Shown here: in pieces, positions 50,701 through 62,699 of the stretch
Numbering within the stretch: position 1 is the first letter of the stretch
How the letters are laid out: each line of letters begins with the position of its first letter
NCBI GenBank assembly: GCA_002104905.1
Contig: MCFE01000018.1
Location: 182,066-246,065, forward strand
DNA: 64,000 nucleotides
Direction: 5' to 3'
From: Basidiobolus meristosporus CBS 931.73
Taxonomy: Eukaryota > Fungi > Basidiobolomycota
Notes under the pieces: model-generated
The model's input: the letters and a program-made list of their open reading frames with translations, nothing else
What the model was told of the DNA's origin: nothing
Databases searched by the model: none
Program-made: the position numbers and the translations under genes

Positions 50701-53700
50701 TGTGCTATATATATAATTATATCTCATTGGTAGAAACGAAGTAAATGCAATATCACCTCCACACTTCTGACAGAGCAATCGTTTCAAAGTGTTAACTCTG
50801 TGACCTGCCAATCACTAAGTCGTATTGTTGGCATTGCATGAAGATTTAAGGCATTACATTTCGCAGATGTGTGGTTAAGAGTTATTCAAGGGATCTGTAC
50901 GTTTCTATCGGTACAAGCAGTATTCATGTAGAAATTGACGATATGCGGATGGAATAAATGCTCAGATATACCTAAATTGGGTGGATACTATCATGTTCAT
51001 AATTTGCTTACCCCAATGTATCGGCCACTCGGTGGATCGAGATTGCTGAAGGAACCGATTAGTTCTGATTCCCGTTGGACTCTACATTAGGAACATAGGG
51101 CATGTGAAGCTCAGCGATGTAAATGTGGAAATGGGAATAGAGGCCTGGTGCAAAGTGGCTGACTGCATTAGTACCAATAGCTGTCGATCATAACCCCGGA
51201 ACAATAATGTCAGACGCAAGGAGTGGACAAATCATTCCTAAAGATGTAGCATAAAATGCAGACTAGGTACGGCAAACAGCAAGCCTAGTTTCACTCTACA
51301 GAAAGCCTGCCGTTCGACTGCACATTTCATTTGCAGCGTCTCTGCTTGGCTGCCTTCCATCCGAGGGTTACTACTGTACAAGTACCGGTGTAGTTCGCAT
51401 GATTTTCCAAGCATATCGTGCTATATCAGGAACGCAGGTCAAAAGCGTCAATTCGAAATTTATTTGTTGTTCCGATTAGAGTGCTTGTAAGGAATAAAAC
51501 GACTATTATGGGTGAATGTATGATATGGTGTAGGTTTCGTAGTTACGAATGAAAATTATTTCTCCTGTCAGGGAGTATGAAATATTCTGCTCGTATAATG
51601 CAAGTTTATTAGTTTAAATTTGATTCAACGTGGTGCAGTATATATAATTTCATTGTAATCATAGGAATCGAGTCAATTTCTGGCCTTGAATACGAATCTC
51701 GAACGGGCAGAACGCGGTCCACATAATTCTGAACTATGAAAGGGTAGTGTTTTTAGGCCAGTGGCATGGGTGGATTTCATTTCCACATTGATGAGTTATT
51801 TTAGCAAAATGACAACGTCGCCCATCATACCAGCAGTATTGGTCTCTGGATATCCAATCAACGAATAGCTAAAATTACCATGGCTTTAGCTACAGAAATC
51901 ACTAGTAAACGCCATAGAAATGTCATATGCGGTACGTTTCAGTTCAGCTTTGTTGCGCACAAGAGTATTCATGAGGTCGTACCTGACGGTTGGGTCGCCG
52001 GAAGACTTGTTCATTTACGCCCAAGCCAGAGAAGTTCAGTTCAGAAAGTTCCGACTTGTAGATCGTGCGAACCGCCGTATTATTGCAAACCAATCTGAAT
52101 TGAAAAATCATCTTAAGCTGTCTGAAATGTAGGTTACCGATAATGCTTGATTCATTTGCGAGATGATCACCTATACATAACGGATTAAATCTTGAACGAC
52201 CAATCACTGGCTTGAAAGTCACTGGCCCTTTACTACCACTGAGGCTGGGTAGGCGACACATTGGCAAATATGGTAAGAGTATATTCCCAAATGTCCGCAG
52301 ATTATTTCAACAAATTACCGCTGGATTGAGTCGGAAGCCATGCTATCTAAGATATTTGACGATACAAGTACGCTGAACGAAAACCATATAAACATTTAAC
52401 TAAGATTCACCCTCAATAGACGTTTTATTCCTTACAACTACTCTGGTCATCATAACAAATAATTTTGATTTGACGTTTGACCGGCGTTTCTGATATAACA
52501 TGACCTGCTTAGAATTTCATGTGAACTACACCGGTACTTGTACAGTAGTAACCTCCGGATGGAAGGCAGCCAAGCAGAGACGCTGCAAACGGAATATTCA
52601 GTCAAACGGCGGGCTTTTTGTAGAGTGGAACTAGGCTTGATGTTTGTCTTCTCATAGCCCGCCTTTTATGCTGCATCTTTGGTAATGATTTATCCACTCC
52701 TTGCGTATGGTACATTCTTCCGGGGTCATGATCGAAAGTTATTGGTAATAATGCAAAGTCAGCCACTTTGCTCACCAGTTCATTGGCTACTCTTAATGCT
52801 GATGTTTTGATAGGGTTGCATATTCCACTTTATGCAAATGACCATTGCTGATGATAGCGTAATCGAGATGGTGATAATGCCTCAGTCAGAAATATAGATG
52901 CAATATTGCCATCATGGCCTTGATGGAAAGCCATTCCTAAACCGACCACAAACACGTATTGTTGATTGTCCATTTATTATGCATTGGCCTTATCTGAATG
53001 CAAAATACATCAATGTAGATGACATTACATAGTGCATCACGATAAGTATATTCCCGGTAGCGTTAGGTATACATATGAAATGGAGAGTTCACTATACCGC
53101 GGTGAAGTAGGATCCTAAGTATCACATTTATATCTATGATCAATGTCAACAGATAATGAAGATTTGAGAGTGGCACCTTGACCAGTGTAAAATATTCATC
53201 ATAATTTTTCATTTCTAATGCAGGAATATAAAATCTCATCTCACTTCAATTCCGAATTTCTGTTCAGAACTCCTTGTCATGACCCCAGAATCTAGATATA
53301 CGTGCACATGATGCAATTTACGACAAATGGATAAATCGTTACCGAAGTTGCCAGCCCCTGCATGATGTTTTTTGTCGGTCTTGTTGAAACATATTACGTA
53401 AACACATCCAGTACAAATTCCATAGGCAGTGCAATTAATGAATATGAATAGTCACTTGCGACCTGTGGTTCGGATATACCACGATATGCTTGGAAATTCA
53501 AGTGATCATCAAATGAACTGGTACAGAAGTGATCGCTAGATACAAGGCTGACAAGCAAAGAATGCTGAATACGGAATATTCGGTCTAACGGCGGTCTTCT
53601 GTAGAGTAAAACTAGGCTTGCTGTTTGTTATGCCATACACTGCCTTTTATGCTAAGCCTCTATATCCATTCCCGGTGGTTAATGCCTATCTGTACCAATC

Positions 53701-54267
53701 TACTACTTCAGCAATCTCGATACACCGAGTGGGCGAATTAATTGAGATAAGCCTGTTACGAACTTGGGAGGATCGAAGGTCACGCGATTGAGATAGTGCC
53801 AGGTCAATAGCAAGGATGGAACAATGCAATCATGGTGTTGATGGTTGTGTCAAGTAATACTGGTAACGGTGAATAATTCCAATTCAAAATCATGTTCACT
53901 AGCTATTGTATAGACTTACAATGCATTGAGATTTATAATAATTCACAAAGTAAAAGTCAATTGTGAAAATGCTTGCAGTCTGATGCTTTTTGGATTCTAG
54001 ACACATGCTCTTCTAGAATATGGGTTGTTAAATTGAGCGAAGGATGCCAATTTGGCCCTTTCGCCTTCTGTCGGTTGTATATGTACCCGTTATGTTCTGT
54101 ATGATTCCCCATTATATACAATGGGCTTCGATTACAGGTCAGAAATGTGTTACTGAATCTGCATTCCAAATTTGATTCCTTCACTAAGGTGTATAAATTG
54201 TGGCGAATATGAAACCATAATCAGTTATAAATATCAACCGCTTCGCCAACGCCTTATTTATCGCATA

Positions 54268-57200
54268 ATGTACAGAGCAAGTGATAAGGTAAGAGCTATT
54301 AATCATTTGTCATGTATTACGTAGCTCTAAAACTTCTAAAATAATAGTCGAGGTTAGGAGAAAAGCAGAATCAAGAATTGAGGAGTACTGGCATTGGCCC
54401 TCACTTACTCAATACACACGGTCTCCACGAGTTGGGTATCTATGTCAAAGGTCTGCCAATTAGTATGAAAGCCGATGAAATCCGAAAGTATTTTTCTACA
54501 TGGGGACATGTTAGCAGATGTAACGTGATAAACGTTAGGACACAGAGCAGAAACAAAGCCGCTGTAGTTGTATTTAGCCCACCGCCACCTTCTCTAGACT
54601 TTATGAATGAGGGTCTCCAGCCTGCCAACATGGGCAAAGAAAATAGATTTCTCGACATAGATTTTACTACCAAAACTTCAACGCGCATTCAAAGTCAAGA
54701 AAGAGGAGAATACGCGAAAGAATTTTTTCAGTCTGAAGTAACTTGCATCGACATGGGAATATTGATAAACAGCAACAAATTTCTGAGTGTTTGGAGGCCA
54801 TCTGGCAGTTGTACTCTTGAGGTGAATGTGGAGAGACAGCTTATATTTTTCAAATTTAACCACACGAGCGACTATTACAGAATTGGAGTAAGATTCGAAG
54901 ACGTCCGTAACGGTATAATACTGAACCGAGGTGATGAAGATGCGTATTTACTGCACTTCAAAATCGCCCATTGCCCTTACTTGTGGCGGAAACAGGAAAT
55001 GGTTTCTCCATCTTCGGATAGTTGGAGTGAGGAGGATTCGTGGATGCGTGTCCCTTATATTATCGATCAACGGGTCGAAGATAATAACAGAGTTCACTTT
55101 GGTAACTTTTCCGTCTATCGAGTCAATGTTCCAAGCCATAACCAATCGGGTGAATCTTTCCAAGAGGCTCTTGACAATATGACGTGTTGCGGGCTTATAT
55201 TTACCGCTTCCAACTCCACTAGCCCCATCGAAATGAATCAATCGAAACACTCGGTAATTGATATTCACGCATCACTTCCGTTTGAGTTGGCTTACCTGAT
55301 CGAATGCTTAGTCAGTGCGCAGAAACTAACCATGTACAGTTTAACGCAAGAATGGATCACATTTTTGAGTGATCTTGATGTACGGATTGGTAGGAATGTA
55401 CTGATGAGCATGATGATGGCCAAATGCTTTATTGAAGACCCCTTGGCCTACACTCAATCAATTCTACCAGTGCTCGGAATTGATCTCATCGATCTCGCGG
55501 AAACCCCCATGCAAAAATTGTGGATCAACCGGGCATTCGTTACTCCCAGCAAGATCCACCTCTTACCACCATCTTTGGAGCCCTCAAACCGAGTGTTGAG
55601 GCACTTTCATCAATACCGAGAGTACTTCATCCAGGTCACCTTCTCAGAAGAGCGATTTGAGAAGATAGGCCCGAACAGCCAGCTGAATCAAGCCGTTTTC
55701 GACAGTTTTGAGGAAACATTGACTGAAGGATTTCATATTGGCAAGCGACATTATCGCTTCCTAGCTTTTTCATCCACCCAGCTTCGGGAGCATAGCTGTT
55801 GGTTCTTTGCTGATACATCTGAGGGTGTAGATGTAGATTTCATTCGCAAGTGGATGGGCGATTTCAGTGATATTGGTAATATTGCCAAGCGCGCAACAAC
55901 CATGGGCCTGTGCCTTTCCAGCACACGAGCAGTAAAAAGCCTGAGCAAGCAGCAAGTGAAAGAAATTCCGGATATCATGCGCAACGGCCATTCATATTCT
56001 AATGGAGTCGGGCAAATCGCATTGTCATTAGCTGCGGAAATCTCCAACCAGAAGCTGACACCTGGTGCATTTCAGATTCGCTTTGGTGGATACAAGGGCG
56101 TTCTTACGGTCGTACCTGATGATAGGATGGGCGGAAGCCTTGTTCACCTACGCCCAAGCCAAAGATGTTTCAGTTCAGAACATTCCGACTTGGAGATCGT
56201 CCGAACCGCCGAATTTCTTCCAGCTTATCTGAATCGACAAATCATCGCACTGCTGTCTACCATGTGGGTTTCAGATGATGTATTTTTGCAATTGCAAGAT
56301 GATCACTTACGCATAACAGATCAAATCATGAACGACCAAGCACTGGCTTTGAAGTTTTTGGCCCTTCACTACCGTTCGAGCTGGATAGGTGACACATTAG
56401 GAGATATGATCGCTGCAGGTTTCCTAGAGTCTGGTGACACTTTTACCAAATTGCTTCTGGGCTCAATTAGAAGTCAGGCTCTTCGGGATATCAAAGAGCG
56501 CGCCAGAGTTCCTGTCGAACAGGGTGCCAACTTGATTGGTGTCATTGACGACACGAATACTCTGAAGGAAAACCAGATCTTTGTTCGATACACAGATCCC
56601 CAAAACCCTTCTACGGTTCGGAGTTATATAGGCCCGGCGTTGGTTGCTAGAAATCCATATTTGCATCCAGGGGATATGCATATGGTTGAAGCTGTTGATT
56701 GTCCGAAGCTTCATGGACTTGTGAATTGTGTTGCATTCTCTACACGCGGTGCCTATAGCTTACCAAGTCAATGTAATGGTGGCGACCTGGATGGCGACAC
56801 ATATGTGGTTATCTGGGATAAGCGACTATTTCCATACCACAAGGAGTCCCCATTGAGCTACTGCAAACAGGAGGGTGAAACTGTCAAGCCTATCACTACT
56901 AAGGATACCGTGGACTTTTTCCTCAACTTTGTAAAATCCAATAATTTGCCCCAGATTGCCAACGCTCATTTGGCCTGGGCTGACCAGTCTGAAGATATCA
57001 CATTGTCCCCCAGGTGTGTCACCCTGGCTAAACTCCATGCCAAAGCAGTGGATTTCATGAAAACAGGGATTCCGGTTAAGCTGCAGCCAAGCGTGATTCC
57101 GAAGCACTGGCCTGACTATATGAACAAATTACCAAGAAAATCGTACCCTTCCTCGAATGTTCTGGGCCAGATGTTCCGGAGTGATGCCTTAAAACATCAA

Positions 57201-57740
57201 ATATCCGAGTACTCCCTGTCCAATTGCACAGGGGAGATTCACTTTGATGAGAGAATGATGGTGTCGGGATACGAAGAATACTTGGCAGAAGCCAGAAAAC
57301 TGAAGCAGGAATATGACATGACGATCGCCAATATCATGAGTCAGCATGAAATCCAAACAGAAGCTGAATTAATCTCAGGGTGTATTCAATGTATTCCTTC
57401 CTTAGCTAGCCGCAGAAAGGAGAGGTATTTGCTTAAAGAAACTCTCAGTAGTGTCATTGGTGCAGTTTGGAGAGTCTTTCGTGAACGGTTTAATAATGAC
57501 TCTCCAGCAGCACCAGCTGAAGATTATGAGATTAAGGCCACCTTGAATCGAAAAAGAAAGGCCAGCGCTTGGTACTATGTGACGTGTCATCCAACTGAAA
57601 TATTACTACAAAGGAACCAAGAACTTTGCAGTGCTCTGATATGCAATGGTCTCAATGAAGTGACAAGACCAGTTTACATATCTTTCCCTTGGATAGTTCA
57701 CGATATCCTGACGTTGATCTTACAAGAGTCAGTGTTGTGA
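54268..57740 (+). CDS. Eukaryotic RNAi-type RNA-dependent RNA polymerase (alpha-type, N-terminal RRM-like domain; SAD-1/RDR-like), about 1137 aa, probably 2 exons (54268-54288, 54348-57740)
   Basis: 1120-codon ORF with RdRP motifs FLAFSSTQLR, FQIRFGGYKG, RNPYLHPGD, catalytic GGDLDGD, AVDFMKTG, ASAWY, SFPW. The tracked ORF starts at TTG; an upstream ATG micro-exon splices in frame. Confidence 0.96.
54289..54347 (+). other. Predicted 59-bp spliceosomal intron of the RdRP gene
   Basis: GTAAGA donor after ATGTACAGAGCAAGTGATAAG, CTAA branch-like sites, TAATAG acceptor; removal joins the ATG in frame with the long ORF. Confidence 0.75.
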
Positions 57741-58084
57741 GGTATTATACAATTCTGTCTTCATGTGTATAACAATCAATAAATTCGCCTATTAAGAACT
57801 ATTACCCAGTATTAGAAAACCACTTTTCGGAAATTTAGGGGTGCCAATCACAATGAGGAAAAAAATCTGTATTGCAATAAAATTTAATTAAAAGTCAAGC
57901 GCTACAAGGGTAGGTTTATGCAAGTGAATAAAGGGAAATATCAAATTGTGATAGCTTACAAGAAAGGCCACCAAGTCCAAGAGGAGTTAAACAGGGTAAA
58001 GTGGCACTGGAGGGAAAAATAAGGGTTAGGGGGGGGAGACAGTCACCAACAGGTGAGATCTTTATTTCAGTTGAAACAAAGAAG

Positions 58085-59450
58085 CCAGCGCTACTGCAGT
58101 AGCTTTGATACAAGAGTGTGTAGTTGAGGGGAATTTGTAGGTAAGTTAATAAGGAGAGATGATAGCTCTTCAGTGCTTAAGACACTTTTCAGTGGGAAGG
58201 GGGGTAGCAAGAGGGGTAGCAATGATATGTGAGCAACATTGATAAGTGGAATATAATAAGGATTGATGTTCATTATAATGGGAGTGTGCTGTTTCAGGTA
58301 TTGCTGCCAGAGGTCTGTCAAGTACTTCAGGTAGGCCAGCTTGGGTTTTTCTGACTGCAGTATATAATGAGCAAACTTCTTGACTTCAGGATCTCCAAGT
58401 ATAGTTCTCCAGCAGGAGCCAGGTGTAGTGTGGTGTGTTCTCTTCCATGCCTTGATCAGTGGGTTGTTGCAGTGGTGAAGCCTGAGATATAATTGTTGTA
58501 AAAATTTGTAATTCCACCTAAATATTCACCTAACTTAGTCACTTAGATCATTTCCCTCAAATCCTAGAGAATACTGACCAAATTCCTTGTCGGGATTTAC
58601 TTAGAATATTTACCCAGAACATGAAAATTCTCAAAGTTGTTCAAACATCCCCAAACTTTGCACACATGTTCTTAGGACCTTCCTTAACCTATTCTACGTG
58701 TTTGTTATGCCAAGACCATGTAGAAGTATAAATACTACTTTTACATTCAATAAATTATTAAGTGAAAACCACATAATCTACTTGTCCTCCCAATCACTTC
58801 CAATATCTCCAAGACTCTTACAACAATAATCTGGTTCTAAGGTAGAGAAGTCTGATCCTGTAGGGCACAAACCCAAAAGCACCAAGAATAGCATGTCTGT
58901 AGGGGCAATCAGGCAGATGAGGCACCAAGGAGGTAATGCACCAGACTGCAAACTTGTCAAGCTTAGTGCAGTCTCTATAAGTAAGAGAGAGAAGTGGTAA
59001 GCCAAATTCCAGGACAGGAAAGACAAACTGCTTGAGTAGAAGGAGGCAGCTGGGAGCTGAAGTTGTAGGAGGAGTAACAGCCAGTAACTTATGGAGTGCC
59101 TGTCTTGCCAGGATAATTCTCTTCTTCAGGTGAGCTCCAGAGTACAGTCCAGTAGGAAGGAAAGGAAAGCCAAGATATGCAGCAGAGACCTGAGCAGGTA
59201 GAGTGCAGTTCTTTAAGTTGATAGGACAACTCAAAGGAACTGTCTTTGCAATGGAAAGCTTGAGATTATTCTTCTGCAGATACTGATGGATGGTCTGGGA
59301 GTCTTGCAGCACTTTGGAGGAGGATATTCTGATGTCATCAGCAAAGAGGGTAACCAGACAGTCTGCTCAGAGTCTTAGGAAGTCATTCAGGAAGACGGCA
59401 AACAGTATAGGACCAAGCACAGAGCCTTGAACTACTCCATTAGGGACAAC
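58085..59450 (-). mobile_element. 5'-truncated non-LTR retrotransposon ORF2 (RT plus C-terminal region), interrupted by a solo LTR
   Basis: Minus-strand translation GVVQGSVLGPILFAVFLND...LFADDI...KLSIAKT...YLGFPF (LINE-type RT motifs); one in-frame stop. Confidence 0.9.
58494..58825 (+). mobile_element. Solo copia LTR with TSD ATAAT inserted in a non-LTR RT
   Basis: ATAAT on both flanks; empty site with a single ATAAT in the paralogous copy near 63100. Confidence 0.96.
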
Positions 59451-59559
59451 CCCTATTTACTCCTCATCTGTTATCTTGTCAACCTCCTCTTCATCTTTGT
59501 GCATTAGAGATCCACTGCCTTGCACTTCATGTAATTGGCTCAAGTACCAATCATCTTGC

Positions 59560-60110
59560 TCTTGAAGTTGTAATGAAATTTGTACTTTGGATGCTTCATC
59601 TACCAATGTATGCATCTTCTTGCCAAATAAGCCAATCTTACAAGTTTGACTGTCAATTACACCCTGAGCTTCAATGGAATCTTGCATGACAAACTGGTTA
59701 CTAGAAATATTATTTGGCTGATTCACCCTCCAAACTCTGGCCTTTGCTCAGATTTCTACATAGGGATTCCACCAATTGTTGGCAATGATCACCGCCAATG
59801 CTATCTGCAAATTTAATCCAAATGCCACTTTTTATGTTGATCAGTAACACACAAATCTTGCCCTCCAGAACTGGCAATGCAAATGTATCTATACTGCTCT
59901 TTTGCATCCAAACTGGGGTGGAGCTGGTAATCTTCAGATGCTCAATGATCTGCTCCCTCAAATGGTAAGCCATTATATCAAGCATCAGATTAAACCCAGA
60001 AATAATAATAACATGTGCATGCTCCTTATTTTCTTGGATTTCAAGCAGGATTTCCAAGATTTTCCAAGTTTTGCCACTATGCTTGTTCACAGTGTTGCTG
60101 CTTACACCAG
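59560..60110 (-). pseudogene. SNF2-family helicase C-terminal (HELICc) fragment
   Basis: SGK...LEILLEI...VIIISGFNLMLDIM...IDTF...VLLINIKSG, then FVMQDSIE..V.D.Q..K; frameshifted. Confidence 0.75.
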
Positions 60111-60409
60111 TGAGGAAATCTTGGATCAATAGCCTGTTGGAGTCCTCTAATGCAAGCCCTCTTTGGGCAATTGCAGGGGCATCTTTGGTGCATATGGCAG
60201 TTGGTGAAGAAGTAGATGGAACATTGGATCAACTGTCAACCTCTTTGCTATTAATCTCATGAAGTTGCTCCTCAACCTCCACCTCCACCTCAACCACAAC
60301 CACCCCAAGATCCTCATCAATCTCAGGTAGAAAATCATCCTCTATCATCTTGACATCTTGGACAATGCTAACACTTAGGGTTATGGGACAGAAAGTCACC
60401 AAGTTGGTG

Positions 60410-60900
60410 AAATCTTTATTAGAGTCAAGAACTGATCTAAGTACAAATAAAGACACCAGTTGAGAAGTCAAGAACCTCTTTAATAAGTATTCTAATTTTT
60501 GTTTTGTTTCATCTCTAATGTTTGCTTCAAAAAAGTAAAGCTCATCAGGGGTAAATATAAAATTCAAGGGTTTTGGGGGAAGTACAAATTGTAGATGTTT
60601 CTGATCAATATAATCCAAGACTGGAACCCAGCCTAGGATTAGGTGTAGTAGCAAAGGTGTGGGGACTTGTAAGTAGCTCTGCCACATAGATCTTAAATGG
60701 TCCTTGGGCAGTAGTCCTGGTTTCTCAGATTTTTAAAGTTTTGAAGCAAGCTCTGTTACTACAGCAGAGCCAACTAAGGTGTGCCAGCAAGAAGATTTCA
60801 GGGAGGAGTTAGATTTAAGCCATTGTTTGATAGAGGGGTTATATGATTTCTGAAGCTTCACTAGGAAGGAAGCATGGAGATAGACCATTCAGATTTGGTA
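60410..60900 (-). mobile_element. Third, more diverged non-LTR ORF2 3' fragment
   Basis: NPSIKQW..SCWHTLVG..SEKP..MWQSYLQVPTP aligns with NPLIKAW..SCWRTILG..SEKP..LWQQYLQQHTP. Confidence 0.75.
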
Positions 60901-61039
60901 TAGGTAGAACCCAAAGGCTATATTAGTTGGGCTATGGTTAGGGTTTTGAGTCAGTCACTAACAGGCAAAATCTTTATTTCAGTTGAATCAAAGAAGCCAG
61001 CACTACTTAGGGAGGGAAAGTCACCAAGTTGGTGAAATC

Positions 61040-61510
61040 TTAGGGGGAGGAAAGTCACCAAGTGGTGAAATCTTTATTCACTTATGACAACTATTTAAAG
61101 AAGCCAAGTTAATCTGAAGTTGTTCCTAGAAAGCTAAGTCTGAGAGATATCTTCCTGGTAAGCCAGGTCTGAGAGTTGAGAAGCTGAGTGGTACTGTATT
61201 TCCTAGTTAGCTAGGTCTGAGAGAGGTTTCCTGGAAAGCCAGGCCTGAGAAGTGAGAATCTGAATATATCTGAGCTAAGTTATACTGGTTTGCGGTAGCT
61301 GAATTTTGGCTGGAATGGCCAGTAGACTGGGGGAACTGAGAGGAATTTCTGAGCAATCACTGGCCAAATTTACTATGCAAATCTGACCAATTAGCATTTC
61401 AAGGATTTCAGCCAATCAGAGCCTTTACTTTGCCCAATGGCTGATCAAGCCATCTCTCAATGAGCACACATCAATTTATTGATCAAATTTTGCTGGATCC
61501 AGGATTTGAA
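61040..61510. repeat. ~470-bp telomere-associated repeat, copy 1 (copy 2 at ~63280-63750)
   Basis: Direct repeat, highly similar by eye, with internal GCTAGGTCTGAGAG-like subrepeats. Confidence 0.92.
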
Positions 61511-61608
61511 GGGTTAGGGGGGATGATAATCACCAGAGGGTGAAATCTTTATTTAATTCATAAATAAAGAAGCCAAGTTGGAATATGGATATCTGGAATG
61601 CAGAGAGC

Positions 61609-62409
61609 CTACAAGATAAACTTGGACTTTGCTGTTTCCCAAATATCCTCAATATCAAAGTCTAGAGGAGAATGTAGCAATACTGCTTGTTCACTGTAGT
61701 GTTTCTTGAGAAAGTTTGTGACTTGAAGGGAAGGAGAGTTTTTCAACAAGCTGGTAAATCTTTTGAGGAGTTCTTTTTCCAGAGAGAATGGCACAAAGAG
61801 TGGAATGTCTAAATGATGTCTGAATATGTGCTCTGAGAGCTCCCAATCCAGCATATTCTTGACTTCTTCTGTAAAATCTTCAACAATATCCTTGTCAAGA
61901 ATAACTTCTAAGAGATCCCTGGCAATGTACTGAATGTTAATAATCTTGGGCATATGAATACCTAGGTCCTTGAGATAGTTTCTTTGTTCTGAAATTGGGA
62001 GATAACCAGCATTTCTGAAATAGCAAACAGTCCAGTTGGCAGTGGGAGGAGTATCAGGGCTGACTGGAAATCTTCTTCTGGCTTTAGAGTGTACTGGCTT
62101 AGGAGACTGTCTTGATGGAAGGGCAGCTGGCTTTGCATGAGCTTGAAGTGCTTGGGAGTAGGTTTGGGTATGGGGAGCAGGAGTTGCTGGTTGCTGAGAG
62201 TGTTCAGAATGACTGGAAGAAGAGCTGGGTGAGGAGCTGCAAGGTAAAGAAGAAGCTGAAAGAGAAGTAGAGAGTGCTGGGTGAAGTTCAGAAAGAGTTT
62301 TGAAAAGAACTTGGATCTGAGATTTCAACATGGAGTTTTCAGCTTCAAGAAGAGAAACTCTTTGTTCAAGGTAAGAAGTCTGTAAAGAGTGAAAGTTGGG
62401 TAAAGACAT
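61609..62409 (-). CDS. ORF1/gag-like protein of a telomeric non-LTR element, 266 aa
   Basis: N-terminal coiled coil, Ser/Pro linker, TYSQA motif, YFRN..PISE.R..L..LGI...IINIQY segment resembling fungal LINE ORF1; same strand and same 3' module as the RT pieces. Confidence 0.65.
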   Translation of the reverse strand: MSLPNFHSLQTSYLEQRVSLLEAENSMLKSQIQVLFKTLSELHPALSTSLSASSLPCSSSPSSSSSHSEHSQQPATPAPHTQTYSQALQAHAKPAALPSRQSPKPVHSKARRRFPVSPDTPPTANWTVCYFRNAGYLPISEQRNYLKDLGIHMPKIINIQYIARDLLEVILDKDIVEDFTEEVKNMLDWELSEHIFRHHLDIPLFVPFSLEKELLKRFTSLLKNSPSLQVTNFLKKHYSEQAVLLHSPLDFDIEDIWETAKSKFIL

Positions 62410-62699
62410 AGAGGATGTAGATAATAAGAAGAAAGGAGTAGTTGGGGTGGGAGGGTGGGAAAATAGTTAAGAAGAAAAGAGAAGAAAGATCTGAAATTGA
62501 AAATCTCAGAATTTATAGATGGATGGACAAGGGTAGAGGAGAGATTAATCCAGGGTTAGGGAAAAATAGTTAAGAAGAAAAGAGAGGAAAGATCTGAAAT
62601 TGAAAATCTCAGAATTTATAGATGGATGGACAAGGTTAGGGTTAGGGGGGAGACAGTCACCAACAGGTGAAATCTTTATTTCAGTTGAAACAAAGAAGC

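Larger units (their letters stand above)
37510..53760. pseudogene. Array of degenerate RdRP copies, cluster 3 (largely a duplicate of cluster 1)
   Basis: Paired ORFs: 39912 vs 2692, 40691 and 49089 vs 3415, 44858 vs 6046, 48690 vs 9906, 50059 vs 11423, 51880 vs 13311; extra core piece + ~43880-44330. Confidence 0.85.

Noticed and set aside
2692-53000. Dozens of 60-150 aa ORFs in the track as independent small genes
   Set aside because: They are chance open frames or antisense shadows in degenerate RdRP copies; stops and frameshifts differ between copies.
2100-53700. CRISPR-like array from the recurring gcctagtttcactctacaaaaagccc motif
   Set aside because: The motif is part of ~0.8-kb dispersed repeats with irregular kb-scale spacing and no unique spacers, in a eukaryote.
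54378-57740. Endogenous viral RdRP
   Set aside because: DLDGD double-psi-barrel motifs, an RRM-like N-terminus and a probable intron indicate the cellular RNAi enzyme, not a viral GDD polymerase.
58085-59450. Penelope-like (Athena/Coprina) retroelement or telomerase
   Set aside because: Location and orientation fit, but QGSVLGP and FADD motifs are LINE-type.
60147-60400. Acidic EVEVEVEE stretch as a real protein tail
   Set aside because: It arises from read-through past the element 3' module into low-complexity sequence.
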